From: Ginglymostoma cirratum
Lineage: Eukaryota
DNA: 64,000 nucleotides
Assembly (NCBI GenBank): GCA_024137785.1
Contig: JAHRHZ010000115.1
Span: 1,184,428-1,248,427, forward strand
Direction of reading: 5' to 3'
Shown: in pieces, positions 1 to 13,500 of the stretch
How positions within the stretch are numbered: position 1 is the stretch's first letter
Layout of the letters: each line of letters begins with the position of its first letter
Notes under the pieces: generated by a model
The model's database searches: none
Told to the model about the DNA's origin: nothing
What the model saw: the letters and a program-made list of their open reading frames with translations, nothing else
Translations under genes and position numbers: made by a program

Positions 1-350
1 TACCGAAAGCACTCAGGCACGCAGTCTACATTTATATTATTGGAATCCTCCAGAGGTGTCGAGGATGAAGACGAATTTGCTAAAATTCATTTCACTGAGG
101 AGCTTCAGGACCATAATAATTTCGCACGATATGGTGCTATATATTGCTGGCCTCAGAGGATTCCTGATGAGCTTCAAGCTGTGCTAGTGTAGCAGCTAAA
201 ATACGCCAGCAGAGTCTGGCACTGGACCACTAAATATATAAGATAATATAATCAGGAAATAAACTTTGGCATTATGAATCTATCAATCGCCACTCCAGAC
301 GAAGCTTTCCAGCCTTTGCAACTATTATCTCGGCAGACTCTAAGACAGAC

Positions 351-535
351 TCTCTCTCTCTCTCTCTACTTGTCTCTCTCTCTCTCTATTTCGCTTTCTC
401 TCACAAACATAAACACACACACACAGCTACACACATATGCACACACACACTCGCACACACATGCATATACACGCACGCACTCACACACGCACATTCACAC
501 TCACAAACGCGCGCGCGCGCGCACGCGCAGGCGCA
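351..535. repeat. Compound microsatellite (CT)n/(CA)n/(CG)n
   Basis: Visible dinucleotide runs; they generate the spurious His/Thr/Arg/Ala-rich ORFs 274..660, 437..730 and 481..753. Confidence 0.9.
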
Positions 536-829
536 CTAGAATGCCCAAACAGACGTTCAGACATCGGACCATGCACTCTGAGACACAGACTCATACAGTC
601 AAAGACGTTTACAGCGCAGGAAAATGTCCCTTGTACCATCAAAACCATGCCGTTCAATGATGGGCATTTAACTATTCCAATCTCACGTTTCAACACGAGT
701 TCAAATGCCCTGTATGATTTTGCTTCATAGGTGCATGTGGAAGCAATTGTCAAATATTAGCATCAATTTTGGCTGTTCACCCTCAAAGACTTTTGGATTC
801 CGATAATCCTCTGACTGAAAAAAAATGTC

Positions 830-1980
830 GTCACATTTTATCTGAACCTATTACGTCCCATCTTAAATTCATGCATTGAAATGTCAAACAATCGGAAACA
901 TTCATTCCTGTCCTTTCTACCGATAGCCCTTATAATTTTATGCATGCCAATCGTTACCCCTCAGTCCTTTCTACTCCAAGGATTTTGCATCAAGTTTATC
1001 AATACTCTCTTTATAACTAAAACCCACAACATAGGCCAAATCTCCTCTGCACTGTCTCTCGGGCAATTCAATTCCTTCTCTATTAAGGATTCCAAAACTG
1101 AAACCAATAATTTACCTGTGGCCTATCATAATGCAGTTCCATTGTGACCTCATTACTCTAAGCTCCACGATTGTGTTATTCAAAGCAAATATCCCATTTA
1201 CTTTCGTAACTACCCTATCACAGTAAAGGACCAGTGGACATGCACACAAATATTTCTCTGGTCTTCAGTGCTTCCCAATGTCCTATGATCCATCATGTGT
1301 TCATTTGCCTTGTTTGTTCTGCCCCCGTGCATTATCTCACATTTCTGAAGTTTGAATTCAACTTGCCTCTGATCAGTCGATCTGACAGTCCCATCAATCT
1401 CCTCCTGATATCTTAGACTCTCTTTCCCACTACTTTTCATATCATAAATTTCCAAACCATTCAAGAAATTACTGATCAACACTCCTAACATTCATGTTTG
1501 AAACATTTATATAAGCTGCAGTTAGATGCTTTGCAACACTAATCCATGCGGAACACCGTTGAAAACATGCTTGCGCTCTCAAAGGCACGCTCAATCATCA
1601 CACACTGGTTGCTGTCCCTCACTAAAATCTGCATCAAAACAGCGAAACTCCCTTAAATTCCATGGATTCTTACCTTGGTTCTCAGTCTCCCATGCGGGAA
1701 CTTAACAAACTCCTCGCTGAAGTCCAAGTCGTTTCTGTCAAATGCATTGTCCTCATTTACATACCTGTTCACCTATTCGAATAATGCAATCAAGTGGCTC
1801 AGCCCCTGACCTCCACTTCACAAAACCATGCTCTCTGTTCTTAGTTGATCTCGAATTCTCCGAGTGCACATTATTTCTATCTCTCAGAATTGATTCTGGA
1901 AATTTACCCGCCACTGAGCTTCGAGATACTGGTCTGCAATTTTATTGTTTATCCCTCTCACCATTTTTAAATAATGACAA
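830..1980 (-). mobile_element. Highly decayed CR1-type LINE fragments
   Basis: ORF 1210..1491(-) reads 'QVEFKLQKCEIMHGGRTNK...LGSTEDQRNICVHVH', matching CR1 RT C-terminal 'QMEFNxxKCEVMHFGRxN...QRDLGVxVH'. Boundaries approximate. Confidence 0.65.
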
Positions 1981-4761
1981 CATATTGACTGTCCTCCACG
2001 CGGCTGCTAAAGTTCTCAGAAAAATCAGTTCAATCGCACAGATGCACAGACATAAACACATGCTCTCTGACGATGCTGGTTTTAAACTATCAACGGAATG
2101 CTGAATCAATCCTCGAACGGTCCATGTGACGACGTAAAACTGTGTCTATCCACTTAGGGTACAACGTGGCGCACAGTTTTCTGTGTATGTCTCTGGCTGT
2201 GTATCTCTATCTTCTGGTAGTTTTCTGTATTAGTGCCAATCATCTCGCATTAATCAGTCTCCTGTGCTGGTTTCGTGGAGTATCTGTCAGTGACATCTTA
2301 TGACCTTCTGATAGCTTATCTTTGTCTTTTTTCTGAGTTCAGCTTCATGTTCTCCTTCTATTGCAATCTTTCTGCATCCCTGTACTCGGCCTCAATTTGA
2401 TTTGGAAAATTGTAATTTAACAGAAATCAGCGTCAGGCGGCCCCGTTAACGTCAATTTGCCACGTCTTGTTTTGAACTGCAGGTTACTGAAAGGAACTGG
2501 CAGAACTCGATAGCCAAACTGAGTGAGTACAGAGAAATAAAAATCCATATTTATTAATGTTTGTCAATGTGGGCATCGGTTCATTCCCCCCGTCCCACTT
2601 CATCAATGTTAACTGCGATGTGGATATGCCAGTATCAGACGGGGCAGTGGACAAATTCGGAAGTGTAACGACACCAGGTTACAGCACAACAGGTATATTT
2701 AAAGCCATAAGCTTTCTGACGGCTGCTCCTCCTGCGCATTGAAAGCTTGTGATTTTAATCAAATACCTTGTACTCTAATCTGGTGTCGTGAGAATTATGA
2801 ATAAATTTAATAGACAACGACATTTCTGTTTGTCTGGTGTCACATGGAGGCTTTAACAGACTGGGCTAGGTTGATAGTTTGCTTCCCGAAAGGACTTCAT
2901 TGAACTAGGTGAGTTCTTCTGGACAGCTGATTCGTGGTAATCATTCATTCTTAACAACGTTTTCTTCTCTGATGCATTTTCCACAATGGCAGAAATAGAC
3001 CTCCAGTGCGGAGAACGTTATCTGGTCCTCTGGACTAATGGACCTGCGTCATACCACGACGTCGTCCCCTCACATTATGGCCACTATGTGTCAAACTGAT
3101 ATATGATGTCAGGCATGCTGACATGTACGTTTGATATTCAGTACAGTGATGCATGAGGTGGGATTGGAGGGTTTTTTTGGCAGCTTATGGTTCTTTCAGG
3201 ATTTTCGTGAGTGGTTGAATTAACAAGGTGGCATACGTGTGGAACGGTGGAGTGTGGGGTATCACAAATTGATTTTGTAACAGGATAAACAGCATCAAAA
3301 CGAAGAAGTGGAGTAGAGGAAAAAGAAAATGTTTTCAGAATAAGACTATTGGGAATCTGAGGAATTGCTTATCACAGATGGAAGCCAATGTGTCAAAATG
3401 CTTGGTGATTTGTTTTAATGACAGTGACCATCTCAGGGTATGTCAAATCACTGAGATCCAACTCTCCACCTCACAGTTTCACAAAATTTCCATCGACCCA
3501 TAATAGTAATGATGGAACATCGGAGACCCCCACACCGCCTGTTTAGAATTCAAATAACTGATTCTCATGCGAGACAGAGTATGAAAAAAAATGCAGTATC
3601 AGCGTTTGATTTACGTGGAGAGCAATTGCAACAGGTAACCTTGGACGAGATATGGTTTATATTTCTTTATGAGTTGTATTTTCAACAAGCCCCAATCTGA
3701 AATGATGAATTCTTCCCTTAAATTATTTCCTTCCCAGGGTGAAATAAATTGAAACGAATGCTTTCAAAGGATTTCAAAATCATTTGAACTAAAAACAGAG
3801 ATTGTCAACATCGGTAAAATACAATTATACCTGAATGCATGTTTAAGTGGAGCACCTGCTTCAGTATGAAGGTTCACTTGTGCTAAAGACGAAATGACAA
3901 TCAGTGATGTTAAAATATACAAATGAAGGAAAGAGCTAAACTCGTTCGGAAAACACAGTTTCTGCCTTCCTTTATGCAGGTACATAACTAACATAGTTTT
4001 GAATACGGGTCCGTGCACGAGAAATGTTAACTTAATTTTCTGTCCACAGATGCTGCCAGACATATTAAGTTACTCCAGCCATTCTCTTTTGTTTAAGAAT
4101 TTATGATTGTTTAATGAGATAAAACTGCTGGAAGGAACAGAGTTTTGACGCCGAAACTGGGGTAGAAGATTTCAAGATTTTGATTAAGAATGTAAAAGTC
4201 ACAGAGTCAACATGCGCCTGTTCCTGAGGACAGAGTTCAAAATGTTAGACTGGTCTTTAAGGTCTCTTGAAGATGATGTGACAATGCAGGCTGCTGTTAA
4301 GGAGGGACTGTGGAGAACAGAAACGATAGCTCTGAGAAATGAAGAAAGACAGAGTGGCCAAGAAAGGCTTGAAGGAAGGGAGTAAATAAATAATTAAGTA
4401 ATGGAAAACAGGTAAATAGAACTGCAATAATTACTGAGGAATATAAGCAAATGCCACCTGAACGAGACCAATGTAGAATGGCAGCTGTAAGGTCGCGGTG
4501 GCGAGTTGGGGTTTGGTGTGGGAGGGTGAACACAGATCACGATTTTGTCTCTTGTCAAGAAATAAAGAACTTTTTGCAATCGTTTCACCTTCTCTCAGGA
4601 TCGATTCGAGTGAACTGTCAGAGATGGATAATGGGCGTTTTATCCGTTGGTACTCGTGTTTATTTTCCATCACCTTTCTCCATCAAGTGTGTACGGGAGC
4701 AGTGCACGCAGGGATATTCCAGTGGAAAAGAAACAACATGAAGAGGGATTTATTACCCTCA

Positions 4762-7187
4762 CTACTTAAAACAATTGATGAGGATGGCGACGGGGTATAT
4801 CAGAATGATCTTTAGCTCCTGTCGAAACATATTCTGAGATATTGCATAAATAAAGACGTTGTATCAGAGATAAAAGGCTGTTGCCCGAACGCAGTAACTG
4901 AAGTATGTTGGTCGTATCTTGGAACATTTACTGCGGGTTACTGAAATCCAGACCTCCAAGGTAGCTCTTAGCATTAAGCCGCATGTAGATGAAATGCCCG
5001 ACAAGAGGTGCCCACAGGAGTAGGAAGCGAAGAGAGATGGCGAACAGAAGAATAACGGACCTTCTGTGGTTGGCCACCTGCGGGTCTTGTTGCTTCTGTG
5101 CAACTCGGAGTCTCCTGCGAGATCTGTTGGCCACGCAGATCTGTTTTCTTGTCAGGGTATTAAGCATCAGAATGACGAAGAATGGGAGAAAAGGAGTGTA
5201 GATCCGGAAGAACCAATCATAAGCCTGCCTAGCTGGCCATATGCAGAAGTTGGCTTTAATATTGCAAAACCGGGATACTCCACCTAAGATGTATAAGGGT
5301 TCATAGATAAAGTAGTATGGGGTGTTCTTGATGCAACACAGGGCACGGATTATTCCGATGAATAAAGATGCAGTTTTCTCTGTACAGTATCTGGTCTTCA
5401 ACTTCTGAAAGCAAATGGCCACAAAACGATCAATGGTGAAGGCAACTGTCAGCCAGACTGAGCAATCCCGAATGGCATAGGCCAGCAAAACGCTGAAAGT
5501 GCACGCAGGAGTGGTGGACAAAACACTTTCTCGGAAGTAGACGCGGCTGATTCAGTTGAAGATGACTGCAATTGTGACGAGAAGAAAATCAGTCTCTGCG
5601 ATCGTCAGCAGGTAGAAGGTGATGCACCGGGAGAGACCACACCGTCCTCGAGATAGGATTATGATAGCCAGCAAGTTGGCTGTGAGAGATCAAAAGAGAA
5701 AGATATTACGGAACTGTTTCGAAATACCCTTCATACAATCTTAAAAGAAAAAAATATTCAATCATCACCTTGCAACTTTAAATCTCTGCCAGCTTTGGAA
5801 CCACTGACAAGTGGTTGACATCCAATGCAGCATCAAAACTCTATCAATGCGATTAGTCCCAGGAATTAACATCGCTCTTTCATCGCTTAGATTAATTCAG
5901 TAGCCACCTATTTAAATTAGAATGAATGGAATAAGGTGGTGCCCATGAACCTATTCATTCGAAGCCCCAGACAAACTGCAACCCATAAACGTTCACTAAC
6001 GTTGGCTCCTCGCTAGTGATGTCTCATCCTTTACAATCTCGTCCTTTGAATTGTCAGAAGCTCCAGATTCTCACCACATCTGTTCCCGCAACATCATACA
6101 ACTGCCTGAAATCTCATGTTAACTTCGGTTATGTCTCCCGCTCATCCCTCAAATTGATACTTTTAACTCTGTCAGTTTGAGATTAACTCGTAAAGTGCCA
6201 ATCACTGGAATTCTCCACTCGACGGTTCCACTTCTGCCCCCCTTCTTTCAGGAGTTCCTTTCACTTTTTTTTTGCAATATCTCATTCTTCTTCGAATTAA
6301 ATTGGTTTACTAATGTTGTTCTGGAGTTTGCTATGTAAAGTGACATGCTGTGAGACGATGTACAATTGCTCCTTCTAATAATTCTGAAGAAATTTTTCTG
6401 TTTAACAATATTTCAAAAATATAATTAGGTAAAATGTACGAGACCTTTCAATAGAGAAGCCAATTAATGACAGCTTAAAAATCTTGCATATCCACACTTT
6501 TATACGAAACTCTAAGTAAGGTCTAAGACGATATTAACAATGGCACCTTCCATTGGCAACTCTATACTTTAATAAATCCATCAGGAGCACGTCCTGCAAT
6601 TCATGCAATCACTGAATGTATATTGATGTAATAAAACACCTCATTACATACTACCAAAATAAGACGTGCCCAGATATTGCTATGAGACAAGCACAGAACG
6701 ACATTTTGCTACATTCTAGTCAACTATTATTCCCACAATGGACTAAAACGCCAGGTTTCATTTTGCTTAATTGGATTTCAATTAGAGGTATGACAATGTT
6801 GCAGCTTAATGTTCATGCATAGTCGATCATCACAATTCATCGTTCTGAGTCTGAGACCATTTTGCTAGAAGCACACAACGTATGAAATTCAAGAACACAT
6901 TGCCTTTCATGTGAATGGAATTTTAAGTTATGCAAGATGAATTGCCATAGCTCAGATAGTATCCCATCATGTATTATACACACTGGAGACCAGTTGGATT
7001 CTCTTAAGATGGAAGTGCTGCATGTTGCAAAAATTCTGCCGAATCCTGAAAGGGAAAGAATATATTACTGGAAATAAACAACTACGAAAATAATTTTCTT
7101 TCGCATGAGTGTCTTACCAGGGGCACCAAGCGCAGCAAGAATTGAATAGCAAATGACAAAGAAGGGGGCAATGATTGGGTCGTGCAT
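4762..7187 (-). pseudogene. GPR139/GPR142-like class A GPCR pseudogene, 2 exons (exon 1 7118-7187, exon 2 4762-5679)
   Basis: Exon 1 MHDPIIAPFFVICYSILAALGAP with a gtaag donor. Exon 2 follows a cacag acceptor: ANLLAIIILSRGRCGLSRCITFYL...SVWLTVAFTIDRFVAIC...YCTEKTA...NVFIYAISQNMFRQELK...*. Splice phase 1 is compatible. In-frame stops at 5552-5554 and 4928-4930 and a frameshift before the TM7 end. Confidence 0.9.
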
Positions 7188-9699
7188 CGTCTTTCATAAA
7201 CTGTAGGAGCTGTTGTTACTGTGGAAGTTTCCTCTGTGGCACATTCAAATGGGCCCTCATTTATTTTGCGTTATCGTCTCGAGAGGAACAATGAAGACAC
7301 AAAATGTATCTTATTTACATTTCGTTGCACAAACAGATTAACTAAGTGCTTCATGCCTTCCAAGAAAATAAATGACTAAATTTCACTTTTGTGGCAATCT
7401 CGTTGTAACTTCTTTGCTCGTCAAAATTCCCAGAACATGACTTTGAGTCTTTGTCAATTAAATCCTCTGAAGGAAGACATTGAACAGAGACCCTATCATA
7501 AACCCTCGTTTTCTGCTTCTCATTTATCCTATTTCTCAGTTGAATTTATATTTTCACGGCCAATGTGCTTCGACCTTTGTGTTCATTCACAGATGTTCGA
7601 GTGCCTAATACGAAGAAACTGCTTAAACAATTCCACAAATTTTCAGTTGAACTATTGGAGTACAAAATTAGCAATCATCGGAGGTAAGTGGTGGTGACCA
7701 TCAAATGCAAATTTTGATCACGTTGAATCTGAAAAAATTACTTCATTTGATCAGATCAGTCCGAAGTGCAGGTAAAGTTCCTCTTCAGAGCTTCTGTAAC
7801 AGGAACAGTTGACCATTGTCAATATTTAATATGAGGACAGAAACTTTTGCGAAATTAATGACTGGAAGATGGCTGAAAAATATAGTTCCAAGTTTGTCGG
7901 CAAACATAGGCTTGGTTAATGTAAAGCAGAAACGTTCACCATCTGGTGCAGTAGCAAATGGGATAAAATCATTTGCAATGTTCACAAGGAAAGAATTCGT
8001 GAAACCTTAAAAGAGGTAAGTAACATTTCAGCAACAATTAAGACACCTTAAATTTCCAAATGAACCCAAACCTGATCGGAAGTAGTAAATAACACGGGAA
8101 TTTTTAATGCCATCGACACAGCCGAGAGAAACAACAACTAAGGTATAGTCTGTTTCAAAAGAAATGTGATGTGACTTATTGTTAACCCAGACAGAGCATA
8201 CGTAATATCAGCAAGTGAAGAAGCAAAGTTAAGCATAACCAATGACACAGCTATCATCGTGCCAGCTGGCTAAGGCTCCAGTGTCATGAAATAAATAGTT
8301 CCAAATTCAGTTATATCTGTGAAAATCGATACGGTATAATGAAGACAGAGACAAGATTGGATTCGGTGATCATTGCAATTAGAATCAATTGTTATTTTTA
8401 CAGCCATCAATAGGATCTTGTGCATTTATTAATTGTGCGTTCTTTCTGTTCATTAATGACGCACAGACTCGTCCAATGGGAATCATGTCCTGGTGAAACA
8501 TTAAGAGAAAAAGCGCAGTTATATGCATAAGAAATTAGATAGTGTACCAGAACAGTGTGGGCACATTCAAAGTGCTAAAGCTGATATTACCATTAAATCC
8601 AATAAGAAAACTTTACAGCGAAGGAGATAATTCTTATAAAATAGTACTTACCTGGGAAAGCACTACCGAAAGCACAGCTGTAATAATGTATCAAGGTGCC
8701 AGGCATAAGCAAAATAACAATGAGGACTGGTAACTCACAAAAATGGAGCCAGGTCTGCAATTCAAATCATTATCGTTTGCTCTGACAATAACCAAAATTT
8801 GTTCATACACTCGGAGAATTCCATTCGTGTTCCAGTTTTATATGTTTACACAATGCATCCTGCAGAGAGTGCATACCTCTGCTATTGAGTGTCTTTTATG
8901 CAGGGAGTGAACGTTTCTCGATGCAGCGCATAACAATCTGCCCTATTTTTCTCGAAGATCTCCAATTTCTTGTGCGTTATTGAACCTTTACTCATCCAGG
9001 CGAGTCGGGATATTCAATCAGCAATGGGAGGATCAGCCACCATTATGCAGAATGGCAGAGCGGGCTTGGGGCCAGAATGTCCTTTGGTGTTTCTAATTTT
9101 TACATAATCGTACATGATCAATGATGATGTAGTCTGTGGCTGAAAGAGTTTCCAGCAAACATCAATATCCTGAAAGAGTTTGAACTGATTGGATCTCTCT
9201 TTTCCAGAAAAGGTGGAACCAGGAGATGTTTGAATAAAAATATTTAAATGACCTGTCGTTTAAGTGAAATGAATTCGAAAAATCGTACTTATGTGTGACT
9301 CCACGACAAGATGTATCAATTAAATGTTACAAAACGAAGAGATGGATATTTTAAGAAAATTGTAATTATACAAAAAAACACATTTCAACAGAATAAAACC
9401 ACTGACACAAGAATTGACTGGAAAAGGAAAACGACAGAATTGAGAAAGGAATGCCGGAATATATGTGACGTATAAACACTGGTGTTGTCAAAATCGGCAA
9501 CTTTTCTGTGTCTGTTCGGAAGATTCAGTATAATCCAAAGTTCAGACAAAGCGGGGCCTGGAGCTTCCTGGATCGAATGATAGAATGCATGTGGTCCACT
9601 GTTGGTAGCGTGGTTTCGAAAACTAAATGTGTCACTGATGTTGGAATATTTGTTTGGATTTATCTTTCTTAAAGAAAAGACTAGAAACAAAAATACAAA

Positions 9700-11270
9700 T
9701 CAGGATTTCATGTTGTGAAGAAGACTTAAAAAGAATCCCAAGTTATTCTACAGACAGATTAACAAAAAGAAGTTACCAGGGAGAATCTAATACCACTCAA
9801 GGATGAAGGAAGGAAGTTGCGCATGGAGGCAGAGGATGTGGATGAGATCATAAATATGTACTTTGCATCAGTATTCAGCCAGGAGAATGATTTTGAGGAT
9901 ATTCAGAGTGTGGACCATCCTCATATGCTCGGAAATTTTGAGATCAAGGAAGATGTGGTGTTGAATCTCTTGAAGAGCATTCGGTGAGATAAGTCCCCAG
10001 GGCCCGACGATATCTTCCCCAGGCTGTTAAAGATTCAAGAGGAGATTTCAGTTACCGAAACTACGATCTCTGTATCCTTAATAACCAATGGAGAGGCCCC
10101 CGAGTACTGGACAGTAGCTAAATTTGGTCCTCTGTTAAAGAATGGAAATAAGGTTAATCCAGGAAACTACTGACCATTGTGTCTCACATTGGTCGTTTAA
10201 AAGTTATTAGAGAGAATTCTAACGGATAGGATTTACACATATTTGGAACAAAAGCATGGCCGAATCCTAGTCAATCAGCATGGCTTTCAGCAGGGAAGGT
10301 CGTAAATGTAGATGGGTGTGTTCGTTAAAGGACTGAGACGGAAGTTTTGGTGGACATGGGTTAGTCAGTTTGCACGCAATATAAATATTGTTGGATCTGT
10401 GGATAATGTAGGAGGTTGTCAAAGTATACAGCAGAATATATATCAGTTGCAGATACGGGCAGAGACATGGCAGATGGAGTTTAATCCGGTAGATGTGAAG
10501 TGCTGTAGTTTGGAAGATCAAATGTTAATGAATAGTACACAGTTAATGGCAGGTCTCTGAACAACATTTGTCTACAGAAGGAATTTGGGTTTCAAGTTCA
10601 TAGCCTGCTGAAAGTCGCCAAATAAGTAGATAGGGTGTTAAAGAAGGTGTGTGGCACGCTTGCCTTTATTGTTCTGGGAAATGAATACAAGAGTGAGAAT
10701 GTCATGGTGCAACTTTATAAGACATTGTTTACGGCACACTTATTGCGTTCAGTTCTGGTTGTCACATTACAGAAAGGGTGTGGAGTCTTTGCAGAGAGTG
10801 CAGAAGAGGTTCACCATAATGCTATTGCATTAGAGAGAATGAGTAATAAGGAGAAGGTATAAGAAACTCGAGTTGTTTTCTCTTGAGCGGAGAATGCTGG
10901 GGGGAGACTCGATAGAAGTCTTCAAAATTATGAGAAGCATGGGTAGGGTTAAAGATCAGAATTTTTTTTCCCAGAGTTAAAATATATAACACGAGGTGGC
11001 ATTAAGATGCGAGGAGAGAGTTCAATGCAGATGTGAGGTGCAATTTCTTTGCACAGAGTGTGATAGGAGCCTGGAACACAACGCCAGGGTGGTGGATCAG
11101 GCAAATAATATCATGACAATTAAGGGATTTTGTTTGATGAGCATATGAATATGCAATGAATGGAGGGATGTCGAACAGTGGCAGGGAGAAAAAAATGTTT
11201 CATTTGTGGTAATGTTTGACACAACATCGTGGGCCGAAAGACCCGTCCTGTGCTGTGTTTTTCCATATTG
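9700..11270 (+). mobile_element. Decayed CR1 LINE (RT domain and 3' tail)
   Basis: Fragments DKSPGPDDI, 'RAETWQMEFNP..VK', 'YCVQFWLSHYRKGVESLQRVQKRFT' and a CR1-like 3' UTR (gggccgaa...ctgtgctgt); many stops and frameshifts. Confidence 0.9.
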
Positions 11271-11704
11271 TACATCTGCACTCAACACAGAGGAATGCAA
11301 TTCACTATGCATGCCCACCACCTCCCCGACACCAATGAATGTGGAAATTAGTTAGTCCCTGACCCTTGCTGTTTCCATATCAAACGCACACTTTTCCTAT
11401 TACAATACTTATCCAATTAGAATGCACAAGTTATTGATGAATGCACCTTTTGCGTCAAATATAACATGCCATCTCCTTGACTGAATGATTTTCCATTTGC
11501 AGTGTGTAAAAATGCAACAAGTTACACAAAACGCTGGGTTCTGTGAAAATTAGAATTCTTCTTGTGAATAACATATTTCCTCTAGAAGGTCTGCATTGCT
11601 AAATAGTCAATAACATTTAATACAGCAGATCATGCCTACAAATGATTCTGATCACCCACCCCAACCCTGGGCTCAGAGTCAAGCTCAACAAACCTCTGAA
11701 AATA

Positions 11705-11868
11705 TGATTTCGTATTGCTCCTTCTCTCTACTCTGTGTCACTGTGTATGTAATCCTCATGATGTTCTGGTTTTTGCATAACGTAAACGTTCTCGTAGTCA
11801 CCGTGGTTTTAATTCCCATCACCTTCAGGTTTTATTTTCTCAAATCTTTCTGTCGTGTTCTGTCAGTG
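11705..11868 (-). other. Tandem RSS array B (~60-bp period)
   Basis: Heptamer CACGGTG (11799-11805) + 22 bp + GCAAAAACC (11768-11776). Heptamer CACAGTG (11739-11745) has a degenerate nonamer near 11705-11713. A third nonamer AATAAAACC (11828-11836) has a damaged heptamer. The linker is homologous to array A. Confidence 0.75.
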
Positions 11869-12265
11869 ATCCCTGCAGCCATCCTTCGTGTTTCTATTTG
11901 ATATGTTGGTTTCGCAAAGAATGTGGAGCTGTAATGCTAGAAGAACCGATAACAACCTCCTCGACTCCACGATTACCACTACCACTTTCTCTTCGCCCTG
12001 TCATGCCCCATCCTTTTGTTAATTCAAACTTGTTGAGGATTATTTAATGCTGAGCAGCGAGTGGGAACTTGGTCAAACTTCTGATCTTGAAAACTGAACC
12101 TCTGACCCGGTGGTTTCATTCAGTCTTGGAAGTGAGGACTGGATTAAAAGATGACATAGTCCAGTGAGAATGCTGTAGTGAACATATATTATTTAGATGA
12201 CAAACAAATTTTCTCACACAGTGAAAGAAACAGTTTCTGCAACAGCCCTTTCTGTCAGTTGTTTT
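11860..12265 (-). pseudogene. Heavily decayed antigen-receptor V relic
   Basis: Donor-like gtgag (~12215) and actacag acceptor, then FR1-like LIQSSLPRLNETTGSEVQFS, a 'YRFF' (DRFS-like) motif and FR3-like NISNRNTKDGCRDH* ending at RSS array B. Confidence 0.45.
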
Positions 12266-12959
12266 AGTTTAACACTGGAGACATTTTCTATGTTTGATCA
12301 TTTTATTGCCAGTTTTTCAAAACTGTAGAGAGTACAGTCCGAGACATCCCGAGGCTCAATCCGACTCGTCCAACAATCAGTCCAGTGAAGCATCGTTGCT
12401 GTCCACCTCTGCAGTAGAGATCAATGATGGTGGCGGGAACTGTTCATTCTGAAGGACTCTCATTTCGATCTTTATCACTAATTAACAATGTGTTACCTGC
12501 TTGACAAGCTGCAATACCTTGGTTGAGTCTTGTTAACGTTCCTTTACGAGCCGAAGCTGGCACCTGCAGCTTGTTTTACGGAAGCTGTATTTTGTCTTCT
12601 GTATCTGCTTTCTTTGAGCAGGCTGTTTGTCACACTTTAGAAGAGAGAGACAGTTTTGTTCCAAATCATTCGGCCTCTCTTCGACTTGCAATCGGGAACA
12701 ACGCCACAAACGAACTTAATCCTCTAGACCAGCCGTCGATTGAGGGATCCCCATCAGCAGGAGGATATGAGATTTGTTGCTTTTTGTGGAAAGTCATGAG
12801 ACTTCGTGTTTTTTTTTCAATTTTCTTCTCCATTTTGTTATTACCACTTCAATAATTTAATTTTTCCATCAGAATAATTTATTTTTACTTAGTAAATATT
12901 CATATTTAAGTGCAATCTTGTTGTCAAGCCTTCTCTTAGCTACACCTAACAATTTCTGA

Positions 12960-13500
12960 AAGGACCTGCTTGGATACACACTGTGATCCAAGAAAGTGGG
13001 TGATGCTGAAAACAGGAAACTAAAGGCCAGTTAGCTTAACGTCTCTCAAATGGAAAGTGTTCAAATCCACAGTAAAATGTATTGAAGCAGAGCTGTTGAA
13101 AAAGAAGTAATCAGACAGTATAAACATGATTTTGTCAACGTGAAATCCTAATTAACATTTTAACATGAGGTGTGGATAAAGGGGAAAACTTTGACGCGCA
13201 TAAATTGCGTAAATGCGTTTTGTAAGGTGCCATATCAATGATTATTGTGGAGAATAAATTGTCATGGTCTAAGAATATGTTTGTGAAGATAGTTAAGCAT
13301 GCTTACAGGAAACAGAATTGAGTAAAATGCGCATTTTATGGGACGATGAAAAACGTGGTGTATTAGAAATCTCAGTGCTGAGGGTTCAAAGTTTTACAAT
13401 GTTTACAAATGCCATGGATAACGGTAAGAAGGTATGGTTGCAAATAAGATGAGCCAAAAGAAAGGGTTAAATGCATGTTCTGAAGAGAACATAAGCAGGT
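12960..13500 (+). mobile_element. Decayed CR1 LINE fragment
   Basis: Degenerate GNYRPVSLTS-like (ggaaactaaaggccagttagcttaacgtc) and AFDKVP-like (gcgttttgtaaggtgcca) motifs. Confidence 0.6.

Noticed and set aside
274-753. Three overlapping ORFs of 90-128 aa
   Set aside because: Translations of CT/CA/CG microsatellite; no protein features.
7785-8020. Exon-like segment (ttcag ... AG|gtaag)
   Set aside because: Stops in the candidate frames and no recognisable homology.
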